Source of the DNA: Phycisphaeraceae bacterium
GTDB taxonomy: Bacteria; Planctomycetota; Phycisphaerae; Phycisphaerales; Phycisphaeraceae
Assembly: GCA_963674705.1 (NCBI GenBank)
Contig: OY771506.1
Location: 5,280,001 to 5,344,000 of the forward strand
DNA: 64,000 nucleotides
Direction: 5' to 3'
Below the pieces are notes generated by a model, which worked only from the letters and a program-made list of their open reading frames with translations, was not told the DNA's origin and ran no database searches. Made by a program: the position numbers and the translations under genes. Below, in pieces: positions 20,504-29,596 of this stretch; position 1 is the stretch's first letter; the number at the start of each line of letters is the position of its first letter.

Positions 20504-20682
20504 GATAACCTCTCATAAACGGGAACTTGTTCGGGTGGTTGCAAATCGATGTCACGTTCTGGTGATCCTACGTCTTGCCAGGCATGAACAGGTAACACTA
20601 TAATAAGACACACATGTCCCGATCGTGACACTGATAATCTAGTTCCACCCGAGATTTCTCGGCTTACCATAAGGGGGTAAAC

Positions 20683-21651
20683 ATGCAGCCAATCATCAAG
20701 CGACTCGCGGTTGCTATCTGGTTGACGGCAACATGCCTGTCCACTTGTATCACAAGCGCGCAGATCGTCAGCGATGTGACCGGCCAGATAGACCTGATGC
20801 TCGATCCATTTTTTGACATAGGTCCCCTGCCGACGGGTAACGGCGATGAGTGGGACATGCTGCCCCTTGAAACGCAGCATCAATACACCAGCGTCGGCAT
20901 GATGGATGTCAGCGCCTCATTCGACGGTGATGGATACTATACGGCTGACGGACTCAACCTCATCGATTACACATACGAATCAAAAAAGCCCAGTACCGCG
21001 AGATTCGATATACATGCTTTCGCCGACACGGAAGATGCCGGCGAGGGTGGCGGAGGATACGCCAATATCAACATGCAGATCACCTTTTCGCAGCCAGTCC
21101 AATATCGTTTCGAGGCAGACGTGATAGGTGTGCCATGTTTGTACGAGGTTTCGTTTAACGGCCGGTCGGCAAGCGCCTGGTACAGTGCCATGGGCATCTA
21201 CGGGGGCTCCTTCCCACCTGTCTATCACTACGACAACCCATTACCCGATGGTTGGGACACCTACATCGATGAAGGGGTGCTTCCTGCGGGTACTTATGAA
21301 TTAACCGTTACTGCTTATTCAAGGCTGCACCGTTACGGGATCGGACTGGACAGCGAAGGCTCGGCCAGCCTGAGTATCCAACTTCTTGGTGATGCCAATC
21401 TCAATGGACACGTGGGGCTCGAAGACCTCAATGCCGTACTGAATCACTGGCAGTGGACAAGCCATCACAATAGACAACTGCAGGGTGATCTTAACAACGA
21501 TGGATACGTCGGACTCGCCGATCTCGACGCCGTACTCACCGGCTGGGGCAGCAATGTCCGCAAACCATCACACATGGTCGTCCCGGAACCTGCAATCGCA
21601 ACACTCTTGCTGACAGCACTCGGTGTACTGCTGCGTCGACGCACTGTGTAA
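20683..21651 (+). CDS. PEP-CTERM protein with dockerin-like repeat
   Basis: Signal peptide; GDANLNGHVGLEDL / GDLNNDGYVGLADL; VPEPAIATLLL...RRR. Confidence 0.85.
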   Translation: MQPIIKRLAVAIWLTATCLSTCITSAQIVSDVTGQIDLMLDPFFDIGPLPTGNGDEWDMLPLETQHQYTSVGMMDVSASFDGDGYYTADGLNLIDYTYESKKPSTARFDIHAFADTEDAGEGGGGYANINMQITFSQPVQYRFEADVIGVPCLYEVSFNGRSASAWYSAMGIYGGSFPPVYHYDNPLPDGWDTYIDEGVLPAGTYELTVTAYSRLHRYGIGLDSEGSASLSIQLLGDANLNGHVGLEDLNAVLNHWQWTSHHNRQLQGDLNNDGYVGLADLDAVLTGWGSNVRKPSHMVVPEPAIATLLLTALGVLLRRRTV

Positions 21652-21763
21652 TAAACAGCATTCAGCACATTAACTACCCTCCCCCTTCACTTTGGAGAGG
21701 GAAAGGGTGAAGGCCGGTGTTATGCATAGCGCATGTCTAATGGTGTTTGCACGATTAACATCC

Positions 21764-21789
21764 GTCATTCCCGCGCACGCGGGGATGAC
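21764..21789. repeat. Collapsed REP-like palindrome GTCATTCCCGCGCACGCGGGGATGAC
   Basis: Self-complementary; same sequence as the reconstructed IS target at 1037. Confidence 0.7.
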
Positions 21790-21983
21790 AGCAAACAGGG
21801 CGGACACAATTGTGGTTAATCGCTCTAGTAAGGCAACCAACCCTTCGATCTTGCCCACAACGCGACAAGCCCACCGAGGATAAGCCCGATGATTGCAGCG
21901 ATCGATAGCCGTTGTTTGCGCGTAAGTCGCATACCGGTGTCACACCTGCAAAATCACATTAAACATTGCGCATAAACACAGAC

Positions 21984-24900
21984 TCACCGGCCACGACGCT
22001 TGCGCGTTTTGCCTTTCGAGTCGCCGTCACCGCCTTTGCGTTCACGAGCCTGCGCGGCACGACGCTGGCGACGGGTCATCCGATCGGCACCTTCGTCTGA
22101 ACCAGCCCGGTCAGCAGCATCACGGTCGGCACGCTGCTGCGCCGTCCCGGCTGAAGCGGCCTGGCTCGCTGCCTGCGCGGTGTTTGGTACGCCTGCGCCG
22201 ACCGCCTGCCTGGCGTCGTCGTGCTTGGCCTGCTGGTTCTGATACACGTTGCGGGCCTGGACGTTCGGCGTCAGACGAGCACGGAAGATCAGCTCCGTCA
22301 CGCGGTCGCGGACCGCCTTCTGCATCTCGCCGAACTGCCGTGATCCTTCCCGCTTGTATTCGATACGCGGGTCCTTCTCGGCAAAACCACGCAGGCCGAT
22401 CGCGTCCTTCACTTGGTCCATCGAATACAGGTGATCCTTCCACGCCATATCCAGGATCTGGATCAGTACGAAGCGTTCGAGCTGCGTCAACTCGCTGCGC
22501 AGGAACTCACGCCCCTTGCTTGCCATAAACGAGGCGGTGTCCTTCGCTTCACCGATTTCCGATTCTTCGATATCGAGATCGAAACGTTCCTTCATCCATG
22601 CGGCAAGCGCAGCCGGATCGTTCTTGTGCGTTTCAGCCTTCTGCTTGCACTGCTCGATAAGCTTGTCGCCGTGCATCCACTGCTCGGCCTCATCGGTCAA
22701 AGCCTTGCCGATATCCGTAATGGTCATCTTCGCGACTTGTTCCGGCGTCCACTGCATCTCGTAACGCTGACGCGCCCAGGCGATTAACTGCTCCACCGCC
22801 CAGCTCTGATCCTGCTGCGCCCCCTTGAACACCATTTCAAGCACGAACTCGACCGGGTATGTCACTTCGCGACGCTTGTATGCATCGCGTGCCTGGCCAA
22901 GGATCTGCTCGGCGACTTCCTCAGGCTCCATCTTGGCAAGGTCTTCAGGTACCAGCTCGATCCCGAACTTGTTCCGCGCCCAGTTCGCCAGGTCACGCTG
23001 GCCGTAGAACGGCACGGTGAACTTCTCCAGGCCGCTCAGGTCCTTCTTCTCCGCCTGCTGCAATGCCGCTTCGGTCAGCTCTTCCTTGACATCATCGACG
23101 TTCATCTCGCGCAGCCGATTGGTCTTCAGGTCGACGCCGAACTTACTCATCGCCCATGACGACAAGCCACGCAGGTCCCAGTCTTCGATCGGGATGTCGT
23201 TTGACATGTACTCGCCTAAGGTCACGTCGACCGTCTGGCGGATCTCGTAGAACAGCGCCTTCTGCACGCTTTCGGTCAGTTCGTGCAGGTCGTCCAGGCG
23301 GATCTTTGAGGTATCCGCGCCGATGTCCAGCGTCTGCCGACACCACTCGACCACCTGTATCGGCACGTATTCTTTATTCAGATACTGATTGACCGCGTCG
23401 TCGACCGAGTCGGCGATGTAGTCGAAGATGATTTCCGCCACACGCTTGCCTTCCAGAACATCCTGCCGGATGCCGTAGAAGTAATTACGCTGATACTCCA
23501 TCACCTCGTCGTATTCGAGCAGGTTCTTGCGGATTTCGTAGTTGCGTTCTTCAACCTTACGCTGGGCGCGTTCGACGCTGCGTGTCACCCAGCGGTGCTC
23601 AATCGCGTCGCCTTCCTTCATACCGAGCTTGCTAAGCGCAGTCATCGTGGTCTTGCCGGCAAACATCGCCATCAAGTCGTCTTCAAGACTGATAAAGAAT
23701 CGGCTGGAGCCCTTGTCGCCCTGACGGCCGGATCGACCACGCAACTGGTTGTCGATACGCCTCGACTCGTGCCGTTCCGTGCCGATGATGTGCAGGCCGC
23801 CCATCTCTTCGGTGTTGGGATAGACCCGCAGCCGGTGCTTCTCGTACTCCGGCAAGCCGTCGAGCGTTTCGGCGCACTGCTCCAGCGTCATCTTCTGGAC
23901 TTTTTTCTCATCCACCCATGCATCGGTCTGGCACCAGTGCCGGAACAGCTTGAGCTTGACCTCATCGATCGACATCTGCTCAACTTCCTTCTGCTTGAGC
24001 TTCAGCTCGGTATGCAACTGGTGCCGATACGACGTCTCGATCAGTTGCTCGTCGCTCATCTCCGGCTTCGCGCTGGCGGGGATAAGGTTGCGCTGCTGCC
24101 AGTGACGAATGAGATTGGCCCGTTCGACAGGACGGAGCTTGATGTCCGTACCACGGCCGGCCATGTTCGTCGCGATCATCACGGCGCCGAGTTCACCGGC
24201 ATCTCGCACGATGTTCGATTCACGCTCGACCTGGTCGACCTTCGCGTTGAGCACCTCGTGCTTGATGCCGTGCCTTTGCTTAAGCATCTGTGAGAGCATC
24301 TCGCTACGTTCGACGCTGGTCGTACCGACCAACACCGGCCGACCGATGTCGTGGATCCGCTTGATCTCATCTGTGATCGCGTTCCACTTGTCTTTGCTCG
24401 ACAGGAAGATCAGGTCATCCCGGTCCTGGCGAATCACCGGAACGTTCGTCGGGATACAGACGACGTCCAGCCGATAGATTTCCATAAACTCGGTTGCCTC
24501 GGTAATGGCCGTACCCGTCATACCGCCAAGCCGCTTGAACATCTTGAAGTAGTTCTGCAGCGTGATGGTCGCCATTGTCTGCGTTTCCTGCTTGATCTTG
24601 ACCTTTTCCTTGGCCTCGACCGCCTGGTGCAAACCATCCGACCACTGCCTGCCGATCATCAAACGCCCGGTAAATTCGTCGACGATGATCACATCCCCGT
24701 TACGCACAACATAATCCTTATCACGCTGATACACTGCGTGAGCACGGATCGCGTTCTCCAATAGATGCGGGAAGTCCATGTTGTTACCAACATAGAACGA
24801 ACCGATGCCCGCTTTCTTCTGCGCCTCAGCAATACCTTCATGCGTCAGGTGCGCTGCCTTGCGCTCCATTTCAACTTCGTAGTACTGCGTGAACTGATCG

Positions 24901-26135
24901 CGTTCTGCTTCAAGCCCGGGCATCGACACCTGCGTCTTCTTCATCTCCTCGCGCATCTGGGCGATCTTAGCCTTGTCACGAGAGTTGCGGATGTCGCCCT
25001 CGAGCCCCTTGATCTTCTTCTCGGCTGTCTCAACCTTCTTGTTCGCCGCGTCCCATTCACGCTGCTTCATCATCAGGTGCGCAGCAACCTGGTCCGCCAG
25101 CCCGTACTGCGGCGCGTTGTCATGAGCCGGGCCCGAAATAATCAGAGGCGTACGCGCCTCATCGACCAGGATCGAGTCGACTTCGTCGATGATGCAGAAG
25201 TCACGCTTTTTCTGGAGCTGCTCTTGAGCCGTCAGCTTCATGTTGTCGCGCAAGTAGTCGAAGCCAAACTCGCTGTTCGTGCCGTAGAGCACATCGCAGT
25301 GATACGCCTCGGACTTAAGATGATTGGCTGCCTCGAATATCGCCCGTGGATTCGTCAGGTCCGCCTGAGCGTACGGGTGAACCGGTGAGGCCGCCAGCTG
25401 CCGGACCTGCTCCTCCAGTTGGTGCATCGGGTGGATCGCACCGACCGTCAGCCCAAGGTGATAATAGAACGGGAACACCCAGTCGCGGTCACGCTGCACC
25501 AGGTAGTCGTTCACCGTGATCACGCAGCATTGCAAGCTCTCTACGCATGCCACGTAACACGCCAGCGGCGCTACGATCGTCTTACCTTCGCCGGTCTTCA
25601 TCTCGGCGATCTTGCCCTCGCCCAGCACCATACCGCCGATCAACTGCACATCAAACGGCCTGGCACGGAACGGCGGGCGTGACTGCGGGTAAAGCTCTCG
25701 CACCGACTCGTACAGCTCCAACGGGATTTCCACCTGCATCCAACCCGGCACGGGCATACCGCCCTGCACCGCAATCGGCTCTAAAGCATCGGCCTCAGCC
25801 TTCACCTTCTCATAGACCCCGCGCATCGCTACGGGTAACTGCGTATGATCAAAACCCGCCTCGGGATTCAAGATGTTGCGGATGCCGACCGATCGGTCCA
25901 TCACCTCGCGCGCCACGGCCATGACTTCTGCCTGCATCGAATCGATCGATGCGCCATCCTGGAACCGCTGGCGGAATCCTTCTGTCTTCGTCTTGAGCTG
26001 CGAATCGGTCAACTTCCGAATCTCAGGCTCCAGCGCATTGATCTCAATCACGCGCCGGGCATACCGCTTGAGCAACCGGTCGTTACGCGAGCCGAACACT
26101 TTCACAAATGGTTTACTGATGTATTGAACTACCAT
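21984..26135 (-). CDS. secA: Preprotein translocase ATPase SecA, about 1383 aa with large insertions
   Basis: EMKTGEGKT, DEVDSILVDEARTPLIISG, TNMAGRGTDI and HESRRIDNQLRGRSGRQGD. ATG at 26135 chosen as start. Confidence 0.97.
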   Translation of the reverse strand: MVVQYISKPFVKVFGSRNDRLLKRYARRVIEINALEPEIRKLTDSQLKTKTEGFRQRFQDGASIDSMQAEVMAVAREVMDRSVGIRNILNPEAGFDHTQLPVAMRGVYEKVKAEADALEPIAVQGGMPVPGWMQVEIPLELYESVRELYPQSRPPFRARPFDVQLIGGMVLGEGKIAEMKTGEGKTIVAPLACYVACVESLQCCVITVNDYLVQRDRDWVFPFYYHLGLTVGAIHPMHQLEEQVRQLAASPVHPYAQADLTNPRAIFEAANHLKSEAYHCDVLYGTNSEFGFDYLRDNMKLTAQEQLQKKRDFCIIDEVDSILVDEARTPLIISGPAHDNAPQYGLADQVAAHLMMKQREWDAANKKVETAEKKIKGLEGDIRNSRDKAKIAQMREEMKKTQVSMPGLEAERDQFTQYYEVEMERKAAHLTHEGIAEAQKKAGIGSFYVGNNMDFPHLLENAIRAHAVYQRDKDYVVRNGDVIIVDEFTGRLMIGRQWSDGLHQAVEAKEKVKIKQETQTMATITLQNYFKMFKRLGGMTGTAITEATEFMEIYRLDVVCIPTNVPVIRQDRDDLIFLSSKDKWNAITDEIKRIHDIGRPVLVGTTSVERSEMLSQMLKQRHGIKHEVLNAKVDQVERESNIVRDAGELGAVMIATNMAGRGTDIKLRPVERANLIRHWQQRNLIPASAKPEMSDEQLIETSYRHQLHTELKLKQKEVEQMSIDEVKLKLFRHWCQTDAWVDEKKVQKMTLEQCAETLDGLPEYEKHRLRVYPNTEEMGGLHIIGTERHESRRIDNQLRGRSGRQGDKGSSRFFISLEDDLMAMFAGKTTMTALSKLGMKEGDAIEHRWVTRSVERAQRKVEERNYEIRKNLLEYDEVMEYQRNYFYGIRQDVLEGKRVAEIIFDYIADSVDDAVNQYLNKEYVPIQVVEWCRQTLDIGADTSKIRLDDLHELTESVQKALFYEIRQTVDVTLGEYMSNDIPIEDWDLRGLSSWAMSKFGVDLKTNRLREMNVDDVKEELTEAALQQAEKKDLSGLEKFTVPFYGQRDLANWARNKFGIELVPEDLAKMEPEEVAEQILGQARDAYKRREVTYPVEFVLEMVFKGAQQDQSWAVEQLIAWARQRYEMQWTPEQVAKMTITDIGKALTDEAEQWMHGDKLIEQCKQKAETHKNDPAALAAWMKERFDLDIEESEIGEAKDTASFMASKGREFLRSELTQLERFVLIQILDMAWKDHLYSMDQVKDAIGLRGFAEKDPRIEYKREGSRQFGEMQKAVRDRVTELIFRARLTPNVQARNVYQNQQAKHDDARQAVGAGVPNTAQAASQAASAGTAQQRADRDAADRAGSDEGADRMTRRQRRAAQARERKGGDGDSKGKTRKRRGR

Positions 26136-26186
26136 GATAGATTCTCGAGGTTTGAATATTGGGAGAATATTGATGTTCAACGTTGG

Positions 26187-26265
26187 AGCCATCAGCCGTT
26201 AGCCATTAGCCGTTAGTTTTAAAACACTAACCACTAATCACAAACCACTAATTACAAACTCAAAC
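26187..26265. repeat. Heptamer tandem repeats (AGCC(A/G)TT-type, then CCACTAA-type)
   Basis: agccatc agccgtt agccatt agccgtt, then cactaac cactaat cacaaac cactaat. Confidence 0.7.
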
Positions 26266-26332
26266 ATTGCACATCAAGCGCAAGCACTGCTGAAACTTAA
26301 CTGGGATGTAAAATAGATAACTCGCCGTGTCG

Positions 26333-26719
26333 TCAGAGCGTCGACACTGGGGGAGGCAGGTTCAGCAGATGCTCACCAACAGGCGCCTGGAGATGGACCC
26401 ATCCCGCATCGGTATAGGGTCGTAAGGCAGTCGGCTCGTGAAGCAGCGGCGCATCGCCGGGCTCTGTTGTGAAGTGGACGACCTGTCCATTCGGGACCTT
26501 GCAGAGCTTGCGGGCGGCCTCATTCAGATTCGACAGCAGTGTCGCGACCGATTCCCGCTCCGACGCGGTCGTCCCGTGTCGGCCCAGGCTCGAAGCCACC
26601 ACCGCCGCGGCCGTGGTCCCGTCGGACATCGCCCCGATGCACAGCAATACGGACAGCGCCAGCGTTACCGTCGGTACGCCGGTCCTAGGCCCGATAATCT
26701 GAGAATCGCGTCGCTTCAC
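26333..26719 (-). CDS. Small ORF upstream of secA with a hydrophobic N-terminal segment and C-terminal LPPP (candidate arrest peptide)
   Basis: TVTLALSVLLCIGAM...AAAVVA hydrophobic stretch; ends HLLNLPPPVSTL; co-oriented with secA. Confidence 0.6.
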   Translation of the reverse strand: MKRRDSQIIGPRTGVPTVTLALSVLLCIGAMSDGTTAAAVVASSLGRHGTTASERESVATLLSNLNEAARKLCKVPNGQVVHFTTEPGDAPLLHEPTALRPYTDAGWVHLQAPVGEHLLNLPPPVSTL

Positions 26720-26806
26720 ACCCTTATTATCGTCCGCCCTTGGCCCGCGGGCAAATGCCTGCCTTCAAACTACCACGAAATCCGCCTTATCGGCTCCACA
26801 AGCCAC

Positions 26807-29578
26807 TTAAACCTTTTTCATCACCAGACCATCCGGTCCCTGATAGCTCTCCAGCGTGTGATAGGTCAGCCCGAAAGCGTATCGCGAGGAATTGAGCAAA
26901 ACAGTCTCCAAACGAACCACGCCGATCTCCCAGGCCGAGACGTATGAGTTGGCAAAAACCCCGTTCAGCACGCTCAGATGCTGGATCGCCCCCCGTTCTG
27001 TGAAGTCACTTGCCGTCTGCACCATCCCCGCAGAGATCGTTTCGCTACCGACCTGAACGCTGCTGTTGATCATCGAACCGACTTGAATCGTGTCGATCGA
27101 TGCCATCGTGTTAACAGTCACATCCCGCATCTCACCGCCGACGCGAAGCAACTCCACCCCAACACTGAGTGAGTAGCCATCCAGCGTGATACTGCCGCTG
27201 TCATAGTCCTTCTTTATCACAATCTCATCAGCTAGCGGAGCCGAAAGATCGACGCCGGTCATGTTGAGTGCTTTAAATCGCGCAAGTGGCGAATCCAGTG
27301 TGACATCACCTGTCACCCGCCCGGCATTAATCCGCAAACCTTTCTTAAACGACCTGCCGGGCATCAGGATCCCATTGATCGATCCGATCGCTAACCGCTC
27401 GATCGCACCCTGCCCGGACATCTGAATGCCGCCGGCAGTCATATCGAGTTTACTTGCTGCCAATGCCCCCAGTAGCGAAGAACCATAGACACTGCCCAGC
27501 ATCTCCGCCCGACCCCGCGTCCCTTTCGCCTTGGAAGTCAGAACACTTAGCCCGGTTTCTGCCGTGGTCTGGTTCAACTCGATATCAAGCAGCACCGCAT
27601 GACCCGACAACTCAATCACACCACCCAGGTCACAAGCGATCAGGCCATCGCCGACCATGGAAACATAAGCCGAACCCGCCCCTGCCATCTTCAATGTGAC
27701 AATCGTCCCGTCCGCTTCGCGATAAGCCAACGACTTATCCGCAGACACTTCATACACATGCCGCAATTCAGTTTTCGTAACAGCCTGACACAGATGCCCG
27801 TCGTTATCCTCAGCAATCGCGATAACCTTGGATTCTGATCCGGGCTCAAAACCCCTCAAACCGTCAATGTTGATACTGAAGCCGTCTGAGCCGTTGTTAT
27901 CGATACCCAATACATCCTCCGCCCAGCCATCCATATCATCGTCGTAGAAGAACACGACGCGTTCGACCGTCCCGTCAGGGTCGTACACCCCTTGGGCGGT
28001 GATCGTTGTTGGCATCGTTTGCGAAATGTACTCACCATCAACGACAACCCGTTCGATCTGCGGAAGCGCATAGATCCCGAAGTTGATATTCCCCACATTA
28101 CAGCCACTGTAAACCGAGACCTTTCGGGTCAACGAGAGATACTCGGATGACCGCCAACCGTCCGGCACATCTACTACCAGGTAGATCGATTCAGAAAGAT
28201 TCTTCCGCGAGGTCACTTCCCAACCGCCGTTGAAGTAATAGGTTTCGGTAATCTTGACCTCTGTCGGGATGCCCGTAATCTCGAATCGGCCGTCCGATCC
28301 CGTGATCGCGATCCTGTCTGTCCCAGACACGCGAACCTGCATGCCAGACAGCCCCTGTTCGTTCGCATCACGAACACCGTTGGCATTGCGGTCGTGGAAA
28401 AACACACCGCTTACCGTCGCCGGCTCGCCTTCGATGTTGTAACTACGTATGCCGAAGTAACTGTCCGTGGTACCGCCGATGCTGATACTGGTACCACCGT
28501 CGTACGTCCACCCGGGATTGATTGTGACAGTACCGCCGCCCACGCCGCCAAGGCCGCCGTCATACCCAAACCCCGGCGTGTACCCACCGTATGGATTATC
28601 GCTGTTCCAATTATCGATCACCGTATCGACCTGATCCGCATCGATCGTCGCCCGACGTTTTGACGCTTTGAACAGCACCGACTCAGCCGACACCGCAATG
28701 TGATCCGATTGATTAAGGTCACTTTGCAGATACCTGCCGCCCGCTTGCACGATCAGATAACTATTAAAGTCTGCAAGTGAATCGGGCAGCTTGAGCCGCA
28801 GCCAGGTTTTAAACGTCTCGCCCGCGCCGACCTCACGCTGAATCTTGAACACCTTCAGCCGCCAGTCTTTAGCGTTGCGGACCCCGTCACTGGACAGGAA
28901 CAACGCCAACCGCAGCTTGCCGGCGGGCAGAGCTGTGTCACCCGTGTTCTTGATGATCACAGGTATCTTCACGCGTTTGCCGGTCTGGTAAGACTGCGCA
29001 AGCGTTACCTCGCTGAGATGCACGCTGATATCAAAACCGCTGCGCACCAGGCCTATCGATAAACCGGCAACACCTTCCGCCGGCGTGATACTTACCGATG
29101 ATGATTCGTCGCTGCCTGCTGATGGTTTATAGCCCTCCGGCAAAACCGCGCGGATGTCATAATGACCGGTTGGCAGCCCGGCCAACATGAAACCGCCATC
29201 GTTGCCTGTGTAGATCGCCCTTTCCCCATCGTCACGCACTTTGTTGCCGTTCACATCCGCGAATACCTGCACGCCAAACAGCGCGTGCTCGTTCGGGTCC
29301 CAGATGCCATCCTGATCGACATCCGCAAATACCGTCCCCGATACGCTGAATGCTGGCCCCGCATGCTCGGTCACGGGCATGTATACGGAAACATCTTGCC
29401 CTGCATACTCAACCGTGTCATTACTAACAGGTAACTTACCCAATACGGCACCACTTAACAGCAGCCGCGGCTCTAACTGCTCCAGTATCGTACTGGGCGT
29501 CGCACCACCGCCCCGCTCAACGCGCTGCCTGTGCATGCGAGGCTTCATACCCAGAAATCCGGACAGGGAAAATGCCAT
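26807..29578 (-). CDS. LEPRxLL (planctomycete extracellular) protein with SdrD-B-like and CARDB-like domains
   Basis: LEQLEPRLLLSG; two SGxxFxDxxxxGxxDxNE SdrD-B-like repeats. Confidence 0.8.
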   Translation of the reverse strand: MAFSLSGFLGMKPRMHRQRVERGGGATPSTILEQLEPRLLLSGAVLGKLPVSNDTVEYAGQDVSVYMPVTEHAGPAFSVSGTVFADVDQDGIWDPNEHALFGVQVFADVNGNKVRDDGERAIYTGNDGGFMLAGLPTGHYDIRAVLPEGYKPSAGSDESSSVSITPAEGVAGLSIGLVRSGFDISVHLSEVTLAQSYQTGKRVKIPVIIKNTGDTALPAGKLRLALFLSSDGVRNAKDWRLKVFKIQREVGAGETFKTWLRLKLPDSLADFNSYLIVQAGGRYLQSDLNQSDHIAVSAESVLFKASKRRATIDADQVDTVIDNWNSDNPYGGYTPGFGYDGGLGGVGGGTVTINPGWTYDGGTSISIGGTTDSYFGIRSYNIEGEPATVSGVFFHDRNANGVRDANEQGLSGMQVRVSGTDRIAITGSDGRFEITGIPTEVKITETYYFNGGWEVTSRKNLSESIYLVVDVPDGWRSSEYLSLTRKVSVYSGCNVGNINFGIYALPQIERVVVDGEYISQTMPTTITAQGVYDPDGTVERVVFFYDDDMDGWAEDVLGIDNNGSDGFSINIDGLRGFEPGSESKVIAIAEDNDGHLCQAVTKTELRHVYEVSADKSLAYREADGTIVTLKMAGAGSAYVSMVGDGLIACDLGGVIELSGHAVLLDIELNQTTAETGLSVLTSKAKGTRGRAEMLGSVYGSSLLGALAASKLDMTAGGIQMSGQGAIERLAIGSINGILMPGRSFKKGLRINAGRVTGDVTLDSPLARFKALNMTGVDLSAPLADEIVIKKDYDSGSITLDGYSLSVGVELLRVGGEMRDVTVNTMASIDTIQVGSMINSSVQVGSETISAGMVQTASDFTERGAIQHLSVLNGVFANSYVSAWEIGVVRLETVLLNSSRYAFGLTYHTLESYQGPDGLVMKKV

Positions 29579-29596
29579 AGAAGTGTCCCACTTCAC

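Noticed and set aside
22000..26216. Many plus-strand ORFs opposite secA
   Set aside because: Antisense shadows of a conserved gene.
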